Source: Paraspadella gotoi (Eukaryota; Animalia; Chaetognatha). From it: 64,000 bases of DNA. Of the stretch, positions 47,901 through 59,900 are shown piece by piece (the first letter of the stretch is position 1; every line of letters starts with the position of its first letter). The translations under genes and the position numbers were made by a program. The notes beneath the pieces are model-generated. The model made no database searches. It was not told the origin of the DNA and saw only the letters and a program-made list of their open reading frames with translations. The DNA lies in the NCBI GenBank assembly GCA_051294375.1, contig CM119264.1, positions 31,128,135 to 31,192,134 of the forward strand, read 5' to 3'.

Positions 47901-50900
47901 GAGAGGAAAGAAAGTAAGAGGGGTGGTAGGGATAAATGGTGATTAAGAGTAATTAAAAGAGAGAAGGGAGAAAAATATAAATTATAATTTATATAACTTC
48001 ATTGATAGGGAAGCCAGGTACTATGGGAATGAATAAACCAGAGTAAGTTTCATTGACTCACACGACTGAGCGTCTTTTCCATGGCCAAAATGTGATTCAC
48101 AGCTGAAGTGAAGTGAATAAAAGACTCGATTTCTGTGACTCCTAATCGATCGATGTTGCAGATGCTGATTTCCTAAAGGCCAAAAGTTAGGAACTGTCTG
48201 TGTCTCTCTCTCTCTCTCCCTCCCCCCTCACCTTAAACCTACTCATTCTCTCCTCTTCATCGTCCCAATCCTCTCTCGTCTCTCTCTCTCCATCTTCTCT
48301 CTCTCTCTCCCCTCTCCACCCTCACCCTTAACTCTAACTCATCTCTTCCTCTTCATCGTCCCAATCCTCCAACGATATCTTCTTCTCCAACTCCTCCTCC
48401 TTCTTCATCCCAAACTCCTCCTCTTCCTCCTCCCTCTCGTCCTCTCTCCTCCTCCTTAATCTCAGACGAGTGAGAATCGCGTCGAGAAGAGGGAAACCGG
48501 AGAGGAAGGGGAGCTTCACTCTGTAGGATGGGAGGGAGAGGGGGAGTGGGGAGGGATTAGAGGGAGAAGGGGAGGAGGGAGAGAGGAGAGGGGGAGGAGG
48601 GAGAAGGGGGAAGGACGGGGAGGAGGGGGAGGGAGGGAGGATGAGGGAGAAAGGGGAGGGAGGGAGGAGAGGGGAGGAAGGGGGAGAGGGAAGGAGTATA
48701 GAAGGAGTGAGAGAGGAGAGGAAGAAAGGAGGAAGAGGGAAGGGAGAGGGAGAGATGGAGGGAACAGCGGGAGAAGAGTGGGAGAGAGGTAGGAGAGAGG
48801 GAGCGAGAAAGAGAGGGAGGGGAGAGGTGGCAGAGAATAGGGGATAGAGGGGAGGAGAGGGAGGTAAGAGAGGTAAGAGAGAGGAAAAAGGGAGGAAAGA
48901 GAGAGGAAAGAAAGGGGGTAAGAAAAGAAGAGAAAGAGGGAGAAATTAATAATTGGGGTAAGGAGAAAAACGGAGAAAGGGAAAGTAAAAACAAAATATA
49001 CTAGTAATAATACTAATAATATAGTAGGAAGACAATATTAAACAACAAAAACAACAACCAAAAAACGGCAAAAACAACAACAAGTACAAAAACAACATTT
49101 GTTTTCACCTGACGACAAACGTCATTGCAGTGCCAAGATTTCCCGGTGCGGCGCCAAGAAATCCCAAATGCGGATCCCAGTCGAAAAATACTTTGTTTTC
49201 CGCCAGACGAAGTTGGACCAAACGAAGGAGATAAAGCATTTGCACCATGGCCGAACGCAGGTCACCGCCCACCTCAAAAAATGGGAATTGGGTTGGTTCC
49301 GAACCCACGACCCGTTCCATGGTTGCTAGACGGGATTTCGGACAGTCATCTTCAGCCAACTTAGCACCTTTTCCAAAATTCTTACTTTATGATGATTTCA
49401 ATTTTGAAATTTTCTTTCAGAGTTTGCCACTGATCGCTCGAATAGCGAAATGGAATCTATTTTTAGAATAGTCCACTTGCAATGTCTAATTATTTCAATG
49501 TTTACTAATGTCAAATTGTATCATAATTAATTGATTTGCCTAAATCCTTTTACTTCCTTTTTTCGACTCTCACCTTTGACGAGTTCAACGTTAGATGATC
49601 CCTTCCGTGCAACTGCACGTACAATGCTCCCTCCTGCGCGCACCACACGCTCCGTCCGTACGGCCAATCACGTGCCACTTGGCCGTCCGCCAGGGGATCC
49701 GGCAATAGAGGCGTCACCGGCCGGAAAAGCGGTGTTTCCGCTGCCGGAAGTTCGTCGGGGGAAAAGAATTTGCCGACGTATTTGCCTTCCATCGTCGCCA
49801 GGACGTGTTTGAGGCTGGAAGAAATGTTGCTCTTTTATTTTTTTATATCGAGAGCGAGACTCTTGTAACTAATTTGAATATTGTATCTGTTTATGACATT
49901 CCACCACTTCTGTCAAAATTGTTTGTCATTTTAAATATTGTATAAACAAGTTTGAGCAAACAATGTCGGATCTGCCCACGATCATTAGCAGTAATTAATT
50001 AATTAATACAAACTATATGAACTAAAATAATAATTTAATTAATAAATTAATTAATTTGATCCGAAATGTTTGTTTTTAGGTCTTTTTGTCACGAGTAATT
50101 GGTGTTTTTTGCTAAGGTGGGACGGACGGACTGACGGACAGATTTAGTGGGCGGACCGACGGACCGACAAAGTGAATTATAGAAATATAGAGTCGGGATC
50201 TGCTGATATTTTGATACTTTGATATTTTGATATTTTGATACTTTTCCACAGAAAAACTCGACCAATTTCTAACGTCTTTTTGAGGAAATAATTGTGTTAA
50301 GTTCCTTTCATTTCGTTGTTTTGAGCGAATTAGGAAAGACAGTTTTGGATGGAACAACGAAATAATTAAAATTTCTAAATCGCTCCAGTAATCCTTAATA
50401 AACCACCCGCTCCTCTAATCCGCTCCATTCCAACCTGAAATCCGCGTCTCCTCTCAACGCCCGAGAAATGACGCCGGCGTAAGGAAATCCGGCGAGATTC
50501 CTCGATGCCACGACGCCGCACCAGACGACGAAGGATCCGGCGCCGACGAGCGTCGCGTCCGGAGGAAGATGAAGGGGGTTCAAGTCGACAGGTTGAAGAC
50601 CGTCTTTGGGGTAGCTTGCATTTTGAAGAGGGAGTCGATGGGATTTATTAAGAAGGCCGATCGGTTTATTGGCCGATCGGTTAATATGTTGATCGACTGA
50701 TGGGCTGATTGGTAATTGGTTGATGGGCGGTGTGTTAAAAATATGAAGGCTGATTGTTTGATTGGTTTATGGGTTATTGGTTTAAGGTTGTTCTGTACTT
50801 GGTTGATAGGTTATATGTTGATTAGTTGATGGGTGATTATTTGATTGGTTGACAGCCGATTGGCAGATTTGTTGATTGGTCGATTAGTTTTGTGGTGATT

Positions 50901-51236
50901 GATTGGTTGACTGGTTAATCGGTAATTGGTAGATTGGTAATTGCTTATTTTACTGTTATATGATTGGTTGATTGGTAAACTTTCCTTTCCTCACCCATTA
51001 TGTCTCATGCTGATGACAAGATCGAAAAAAGTCTGGAAAATTTTGTAAGATTCTGAATCTGGAGCGCGACATCCGGATTTAAGAGGAAAAGTCATTCCGG
51101 GCATGAAATTCTGTGGAGGGGGAATGAGAGGAAGTGAATCTCTCTCTCTCTCTCTCTCTCTCTCCTCTCGTTTCTTCTCTCTCTCTCTCTGGTATAGGCC
51201 GCGGAGTGTGTGCCCATGACCGTATCCGTGTATTCA

Positions 51237-51274
<38 letters not shown>

Positions 51275-51278
51275 CTCT

Positions 51279-51322
<44 letters not shown>

Positions 51323-52262
51323 GCCTTGACCAGCTCCACCATGTCCTTTTCTCTCAGCCTCCAGTTGTGATCGACTGCGGTTTGAATCACGTGATCGAAT
51401 GTGAATCCGTGACTCGTGATTCGTCGACTCATTTCCTCGTAGAGAGAAGACTTCATGGCGATCGCCGTGCAGTTGAGAGTGTCTGGATTAATTGATTGAT
51501 TGATTGATTGATTAGTTGATTGATTGAATGATTAGTTCGTTGACAAGTCGATTATTAGATTGATTGACTTGTTTTATTACCTAACCGAATGATTGATTTG
51601 TTTTGCTTGTTCGATTGATTGATTGACTGACGTATCATTGGAAATATTGATCAATTGAATGACTATTTTCCCTCCTTTTTTACTTTACCGGTCAGTTTAG
51701 GATAGTTGTTGGGCGGAGCTTTGCAAGTGGGTCCCTTGCAAAAACCCGGGATGCAATAACCTTCACATCCGGTTCTCGGTTTATCTGGTTTTTCGTAAAT
51801 TTCGCTTTTGGCTTTTGCAAGTTCGCCCCGGCATCGCTGGGCGTGAGGAAGGCGTTGGATATCGGGTGAATCAAAGGAATTGTAGATAAGAAAAAAAGTG
51901 TGATCAAAACTTTAACTCATTAATTTCGCCAGCCGTAGAACGGGTCCCAAGGCGGTTTACGGCCGTCCTCACGATTCCCGCTGGGGAGGTACCATTGGGG
52001 ATGGATCTCTGGCATCTGATGGTCATGAGCTGAGGGTGTTACTCAATGAGCCACCGGGTCACGACAGAAGTCATATTAATAGGCGGGGGAAATTGCCTCC
52101 CTCCAGAATGAGAGTAATTAATGATTAAGAAATTTAATTAATATAAAATGAATAAAAGGAAAAATATATTTTCAGAGTCATGATTCTGGATTTTGAAAAT
52201 GGAAAATGTAAAAGTTAGGCCAGATGCGATTCCTTGTAAGTTTTATAAATTGGAAAGAAACT

Positions 52263-52328
<66 letters not shown>

Positions 52329-52514
52329 TTTTTCTCACAGCAAATTTTCCAGCGAGTTCCATCGTCAAGGGAATGGCGCCGTCGCCAGTCGCACCTGAAG
52401 TTGTTTGTTGATGTTGTAATGTGATTTTGTAAGGTAATTTAGTTTCAATATCTTATTCTCCAATTCATTTGCAAAGTTTCACCTTTTCTTTCTCCTCAGA
52501 CAATATATATATCA

Positions 52515-52585
<71 letters not shown>

Positions 52586-53806
52586 CTCTCACTCGTTTCC
52601 ATTGCAAACTTGGATGCCGCCGAGAGGCGCGCTTCCCTAAAGACCATTGGTCTGGGTTCCGGTGAATCGTCGCCGCTGAAATCTAAATCCTTATCCGTCG
52701 GCTGCGTCGGAGGCGGCGGCGGCGGCGGGGCTTCCTCCTGCTGCGGGGCTTTCTCTTCCTTTACCGCCACCTGGAAAGTCGATTGCTTAGTTAAGATGTG
52801 ATTCGTTTGCTTGGTTAAGATGAGATTCGGTTTTTGATTGATTGACTTATTGATCAGTATTTTCATTGATTTGCGATGTTTGTTCAAAGATCAATCAACA
52901 GAACTATTTCATACAATTGGAATAACCAATAAATAAATGACCCCTGACTATGGACAGGCTATGGTGGTTTAAGGCCTTTCTAATCAGATAATAACACAGA
53001 ATGACCCTGTAAGATTTCAATCAAAATTCTCACACAGTCAAGTTCATTCACTCACAGTCTACCTGATTACCATTACTATTTCAATTTTACAAAAAGATCT
53101 CAGGCTTAGAATCTTCCGCTTATTATGAATGTTTGTTAAAGTTAATATCTATCGTTTATAATGATTGATTGGTCAAGCGATTGATTGCTTGCATTATCAC
53201 CGACCGGCGCGACGGGGACAATCTCTTGATTAAAAGGAGCAGAACTTTGAATGGCTCCGATTCGCTTGAAATAATTCTTGTCGTCGAATCGAACTTCGCT
53301 CGTAGAGTAGACCTTAAAATAGGAGGGATAGAGAGCTTAAAATGGGAGGGATAGAGACCTTAAAATGGGAGGGATAGAGAGCTTAAAATGGGAGGGATAG
53401 AGACTTTAAAATGGGAGGGATAGAGACCTTAAAACGGGAGGGATAGAGACCTTAAAATGGGCGGGATTGAGATTGAGTGGGAGAGAGGGGGAGAAAGAGG
53501 AGAGGGAGGGGGGAGAGAGAGAAGAGAAGTAAGACGATAAGAGTGAAAAGGGAAAAAATAAAAAAAGAGAAAAACTTAAGAAACTTAAGAAAAGTTGGAA
53601 CTGAGTAGAAAAGTAGTTTAATTAATACAAACACCCGCATTAGCATCTACAACAGCCGTCTCCACAGCATCAGAAACAACAACAACAGCATTTAGCTCAG
53701 AATAAGGAACTACAACACCGACCTCAAAAAGATATTTAGCCAAAGAGATCGATTCTCTCTCTGTCTCTTCTCCATCAGAGTTGGCCTCTTCAACAGCGGG
53801 CGCCAT
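42827..53806 (-). CDS. Two-domain ATP:guanido phosphotransferase (phosphagen kinase)-like protein with N-terminal extension
   Basis: About 20 exons. Domain 1 (about 51700-48060): NNYPKLT, GFTFDHVIQTAVD, GCRAPDSESYKIFQTFFD, RNLAGFP, RDWPYGRSVW, HLGFLGAAPGNLGT, NIDRLGVTE. K/P-rich linker at 47870-47326. Domain 2 (about 46790-43747): VIQVGVDNP, VGAVAGDEDCY, RDWPDARGFW..NELDH, HLGFITTCPGDLGT, NLETLGFSESE. Last exon IETDEQMTLGAEEDEI* ends at 42827. Linkage of the 5' exons (53634-53806, 53204-53311, 52594-52771, 52339-52394) is inferred from splice phases. Confidence 0.85.
43535..43645 (+). repeat. Degenerate interstitial (TAACCC)n tract
   Basis: ccctaaaccctaaccctaaccttaaccctaaccc; similar degenerate tracts at about 6395-6570 (+) and 61555-61705 (-). 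Confidence 0.7.
45654..46263. other. Assembly gap, expected to hide exon(s) of kinase domain 2
   Basis: N run; the RVRxxR-containing part of domain 2 is not found on either side. Confidence 0.75.
51920..52075 (-). mobile_element. Dispersed repeat family B (SINE-like head)
   Basis: gtgacccggtggctcattgagtaacaccctcagctc on the minus strand matches gtgacccggtggctcattgtgtaataccatcagctc at about 57306-57341 (+). Confidence 0.5.
52263..52328 (+). repeat. (ATC)n microsatellite
   Basis: Perfect trinucleotide run in a kinase intron. Confidence 0.98.
53309..53468 (-). repeat. 23-bp minisatellite, about 7 copies, overlapping a splice acceptor
   Basis: aga(c/g)cttaaaatgggagggatag. Confidence 0.9.
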
Positions 53807-54784
53807 ATTTAATTAACGGCGCTCTTTTTACAATACGGCGCTCCTCTAAAAAGCGGCGTTCTTTTTAGAGTTCTGTTGATGTTCCCAGATTGATCAAACT
53901 TTGTTCCCAAACAGTTTCATTGGATGCCTGCGGTGGCCGGAACAGATGGTCTTATTTTCCCAGAATTCCTAATTTCATTTTAAATTCGATATTAAATTAT
54001 TTTGTGAGTTTAAGTTTAATAATTACTGTCAAGATACTTTTTAAAAATAAAACACGAGTGTTTTGGTTAGGAAGCATGATCAAAAAAATTAAGAGGACTG
54101 AAAGCCACAAAGAGATTCTTCCTTATTCTTGTCATAAATTTGAATTTTTTTTAATTTTTTTTTGTCACGACGGTTTTTCCCTCGTAATTCAAATTAATTT
54201 CTTTTTATTCTGGTTTCTCGAAATTAATCTTTCTTCATTCAATTACTTTAATTTCCTAAGAGTATATTAAATTACTTTTTATCATTACAATGTCGTCTTT
54301 ATGTTCTTGATTTACAATCAGAGAACTTTCATTTTACCTTTTGCACAATTCGTTCCTTTTTCTTTCCTTTTCAAGTTGTGTACCGACTTTTTTTTCCGAG
54401 TGAAAAGTATGAACAAAATCAGTAAATGAACTTTATAAATTAAGCAACAAATCAATTAGCTGATGATTATAAACTAAGTTGGTAGAACAAATATAAACTA
54501 AATAAACTAAATAAATTAAATCCTACAAAATTGATATCGTTGAACAAAATGTTTCTGATTTTAACATTTAGTATTCTTGAGACAAAAGAGCAGACATACA
54601 GACAGAGACAGACAGACAGACAGACAGACAGTCTGGGAGACAATTTCAATCAGGAGCGACGAAAACAAAAGATTGAAAATGAGAAAAGAAAAAGGAAAAA
54701 AAGGGGAAAAAGGAAAAAAGGAAAACTCCCTTTTTCGTCAAATGGATTTAAGTGTAACCGTTTCGCCCTTTTTAATGAGAATGG

Positions 54785-54843
<59 letters not shown>

Positions 54844-56934
54844 AGGTGGTCCCGACTTCGCACGCACTTTTTATGTTGTTTAGGTGAAATATAACACTGT
54901 CAGAATAAACTATCAATGCATTAATATCCTACGAATTTTAATATTTCTTTCGTTGCAATGACGCGAGAATCGTGAGGAAAAATAAATTCGATAAACATTT
55001 AAATTTTATTTTTTTAAAGTTGAAAAAGGGCGAATGATTATAGAGATACACATTTCGAATAAATAAATTCATAATTTATCAAAGTCAAGGATATTGGGAC
55101 TAAAAATTATTATCAAATAGCGATTATTATTAGTCATTTAGCAACATTATTTTGTAATTGGAATATAAGTTGCTAGATAATTAGTTATTCTGTGATCCTT
55201 ATTTACCGAAGACGAAATTATGAGGTAAATTAATAATTATTGCACCTCGGCTTACTAGAAAAGTTTTACTTCATTGTACTGTACAATGAGATACAATAAT
55301 ATTTAATCTTAAGGTTTAATTTGCTATTTTGTTTTCGTCTGACGTCAAAAAAATCTGAGAAAGATTTTCGTCACTTAAATTCAAGGTTCGAGGAAAAACT
55401 CGTTTTTGGGCGGAATATTTTTAGGTTTTTTTTGTATTAAACTTTAATTTTTTTTATATTTTAACTCAAGGATAAAATGATAAAATAATATGTGAAGAAA
55501 ATGACGTTAAGGATACAAAGAGAAGAGGAGATTAAAAACATTACACCACAATATAAAACCATTGTACTAATATTAAACAGATTAAAGGAAGATAAAAAAT
55601 AAAGAAAGGAAAATAAAGGGGAGAGAAAAAGTAAAAAAAATATTTCAAAGACCGAAAGGTAATTAAAGAGATAACGAAATGGAAAGAACCATTATAATGT
55701 TATTTAGTTAACACCCACTAGAAAGAAATAGGAGTAAAAAAAAAGTAAAATACATTAATTTTATTAAAGTAACTCATCTTAATTTTATCAAAATCCCTGA
55801 GAAATGGAACCAAAGTCTTTATCAATCAATCAATCATCCAATCACAAAGATAGATTCGCCGAACTAAAACTGTAACAGAGATAACGATTCTGTTTTGATA
55901 CAAAATTCGTTCCAATCGAAAAAACAATGAATTTGTTTTGTTTTGTTAAGTAAAATTACAACTAAATCGGGGTTTTAAAAAGTCAGCAAAAAAAAACTGT
56001 CAATCGTTAGACATTAAGAAAGAAAGGGGCCCGCCCAATGCGCACGGAAGAGAATCTATTTGAAACCTGGACGATGTTAAATTAAGTTGGTGACCTTCTT
56101 GCTACAATGAAAGTAAAAATCGGAATTTTAAAAAGAATTTATTATCAAATTTGGATTATTTTTGGATATAGACTCTGACTAGTTTGACAGAAAAATTCTC
56201 GCCTTATTTCCACGAAATGACCTAATCAACTCAGCAAGCATGCACCAAGCTTAACCGCGTACCTGCATCCGTTTGAAGCTACTGATACTTTTACCAAACA
56301 TTAAACCAAAGTAAGTCGTAAAATCGGGACTTTTTCTCGCCTCACCTTTTCCCCGCCGTCAAAATTTAACGTTGAGTGGGAAACGCCTCATCCAAACTTA
56401 CCTTTGAGGGACGAGTTTTTTTCCCCTTTGCGTTTAAGTTTGGGAGGAAACTCCCTTTTTATGACGGAAAACGACAGAGACAGAGACGCGAGTTATATTC
56501 ATTCCTATTCACTCTGTCTCTGTTCGGCTTGAGGAATCAAGCGATTCTTCATTGTAATGTAAGGTAAGTTTAAATTTCGTAAATTCTTTTGTTAAGCAAA
56601 CGAAATTGCTTAACATTTGTTTTTTTTTGGCATTTATGAATTTTAAAAAAAATGACCATCGTAAAAATAGGAAACTTAATTTTGGTCATTAAATATTATT
56701 AAAATAAAGGCAAAAAATCAAATGTAAATCAAATTTAAATCTAAAAAATAATCAAATCAAATCTAAATTTAAACCCTTAAGATTCAAAATCTAAATTTAA
56801 AGAAAAATCAAATCAAATCAAATCTAAATAAAAACCTTGAAGATTTTAAATCTAAAATCAAATCAAATGTAAAACATTAATATAAATTTCACTTTCTCCA
56901 GATTCGGTCTTCACCAACAAGAAATCACAAAAAA

Positions 56935-59900
56935 ATGCGTCTCCATCTTTTGACGCTGACTTCGTTAGCGGCGCTGGCTTCCTTCTCCAGCGCCGCAGCC
57001 GACCCGGACGTCTTCGAAACCCTGGAGCGCCGCATACGATCCGCGGAAGCTTCCGTCGAGAGCTGCATGGCCTCCGCAGCAGCCTCTGCCCCTAAACCCT
57101 CGGGATGTCCCTTCGCCGCTTCTGCGTCTGCCGCTGATTTAGCTGCGGCTCATTTCCGGTCTAAACGCGCGGCGTCGCATCTCAAATCTCAAGTCGCAGC
57201 AAAAGAGGTTTGTGTAATTGAGGGTTGGCGACAGGAGGAAAGGCTTGTTGCATTCGAGCGTGGATATGTTGTGAACGTAGCACAGTTCACCCAGAATTAT
57301 AAATTGTGACCCGGTGGCTCATTGTGTAATACCATCAGCTCGTGATTATTACGATTTTCCATGCGGGAAAGCTTAAAACCGGAGGATTACTCAAGTCTGG
57401 TTCCAAGCCAAGTTTACTGCTGCGAGGGTTGACAACCAAATTTCGCATTAAACCCAACGTCTCTCTGATATTGTTTAATGGCGCGTGATAGCGAAGGGGA
57501 AAAAAACTTTATATTAAATCGAATTAATAAATATATGGTAAAAAAATAAATGAAAAAAGAAGCCGATGAATTATTTCATTTCTAATCCTTAACAAATGTA
57601 AACAAATAAATTAATCGAATTAAATTAATCAAAATTCTATCAGGTCCTGGAACAAGTGATGCGAGATCTAGACGACACTGATTTCGACGCCATCTTGGAA
57701 AACGCCGACGCCGCCGGAGACGACGACGACGACGACAGCTCACCGGAGAAGATCGTCCGCTCGGAAGTCGCCAAACGGATCGTCGCTTGCAAAGCTGAAG
57801 GCAATTCGACTTTTCCTTCGCCTCATCCCATCTGCGGTCACTTTGACGACCAATTCTCCAGAGTTGACGGGTTTTGCAATAATCTGAAGCGACCTTACCT
57901 CGGCGCAGTTGGACGTCCCTTCAGACGTCTGCTTCACTCGCGTTACGAAGACGGCGTCGACAAACCAGTTGGTTGGTCGCACAGGAAATATCATGGTTAC
58001 CGTTTGCCGTCTCCGAGAGAAGTTTCCACTAAAATCATGATCAGTACCGACCCGTTGTTAACCCTGAGTGAGAGGTTCACCGCCATGAACTTTCAATGGG
58101 GACAGTTTTTGGATCACGACATCACGCTGACTCCGATAGTGGAGGACCCGAGATGCGCCACCGCCTGCAATAAGACCGTCGGTCACGGTTGCTTCCCCAT
58201 CAAAGTCCCGAAGACTGAAATGAGAAAATGCATTCCGTTTTCCAGATCCGCCGGAGTTTGTGGGAAAAAAACGAAGAGGTGAGAAGAACGCTTTGGGCTC
58301 GGTTTAATCAGCGTTCTTATTTGCCGTGGTAGGGTCGTGAGTTCGAATCCGGGCTTGTGCCTACACTTTTACCATCAAATATTTTCTTTTTTTTTTAAAT
58401 CATTTAATAATATTTTTAGCTGAAGCTAAGTTTACGAAATAATTTTTAAAATAGAACATGATTTCTGAGAATTTGTTCGATATTTAATTAATAAACAATA
58501 TCCAAAAAGTAACTAAATATCTTTAATTATAGGGAACAAATCAACGAAATCACGGCCTACATCGATGCTGGGATGGTCTATGGTGTATCTGACGATCAAC
58601 TCGAAATGCTGCGTGATAAAAAAGATAGGAGACTCTTGAAGGTCAGCATTAGTTTGACTTTTGAGTCTGACCTCATCACACAGTGTGATAAAAAAGATAG
58701 AAGACTATTGAAGGTCAGAATTGGTTTGACTTTTGAGTCTGACCTCATTTCACAGTGTGATAAAAAAGACAGGAGACTCTTGAAGGTCAGGATTGGTTTG
58801 ACTTTTGAGTCTGACCTCATCTCACAGTGTGTTGGAGCAGGTTATATGCATATTCGCCAGGTCAGGGGATTGAAAAAGACAGTAAGCAAATAAATAAACA
58901 TTTCAGGTGGAATTTTTTTAAAAATTCACGTTTCCTGAGTGTGAATTATTGAAATAAGTTTTTGAACTACTTAAATAGTCTTGAAAATTAGAATTCTTTT
59001 ATTTACTTAAATGTAGGTATTGTCACGAAAAGAATGTTTGTTTTATAAATTATAAATAAAAATTAAAACTCAACTTCAGGTTGAAGGAGGAACGATAAAA
59101 GGAGGAAAGCCTCTCCCGCCAAAAGACGACAAACTCTTATGCGAATCATCAGGAGGAGATGGGACGGTGAGAAAAATTGATAATTAACAATATTATTTTA
59201 TGTCATATTCTATATCCTAAGTAAAGATGGGACGGTGAGAAAAATTGATAATTAAGAATATTATTTTATGAAATTGGTACAACCAATATAAAAATTATCC
59301 ATTCATTTAATAAATAAGCTATCTTGCCCCTGACTTTGGACAGGCTTTGGTGGTTTAAGGCCTCCATCACTCTTACAAGATAATGACATAGCAGGTCCCT
59401 GCAAGGTTTCAATCAAGACTCTCTCACAGTCTCGTTTATTCACTCCCAGATGGGACAGTGAGAAAAATTGATAATTAACAATATTATTTTATGTCATATT
59501 CTATATCTTAAGTAAAGATGGGACGGTGAGAGAAATTGATAATTAACAATATTATTTTATGTCATATTCTATATCCTAAGTGGGCACTGGGCGGAGTGCT
59601 ACGAGGCCCGAATACTAATTAGAAGCAATCTTACTTGGTCGCAATCCTGCAGGCGTAATATTCTGGGCCCGCAAAAGCAAATGGAACCATTTCGTACTTA
59701 TTGTTAATTTTTATTATTTTTTAAAAAAATGTTTATTTTAAACATTAACCATTCCCTCCCCCCCAAAAAGGTTCCGTGTCGTGTCACCGGAGACGGTCGC
59801 GCCAACGAGATCCCAACTCTTCTCACGATGCACACTCTCTTCGTGCGCGAACACAACCGCATCGCCGTCGAACTCTCCAGACTCAATCCAACTCTGGATC

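Noticed and set aside
58295-58350. tRNA gene (gagttcgaatcc B-box)
   Set aside because: No convincing cloverleaf or acceptor stem; at most a SINE-head remnant.
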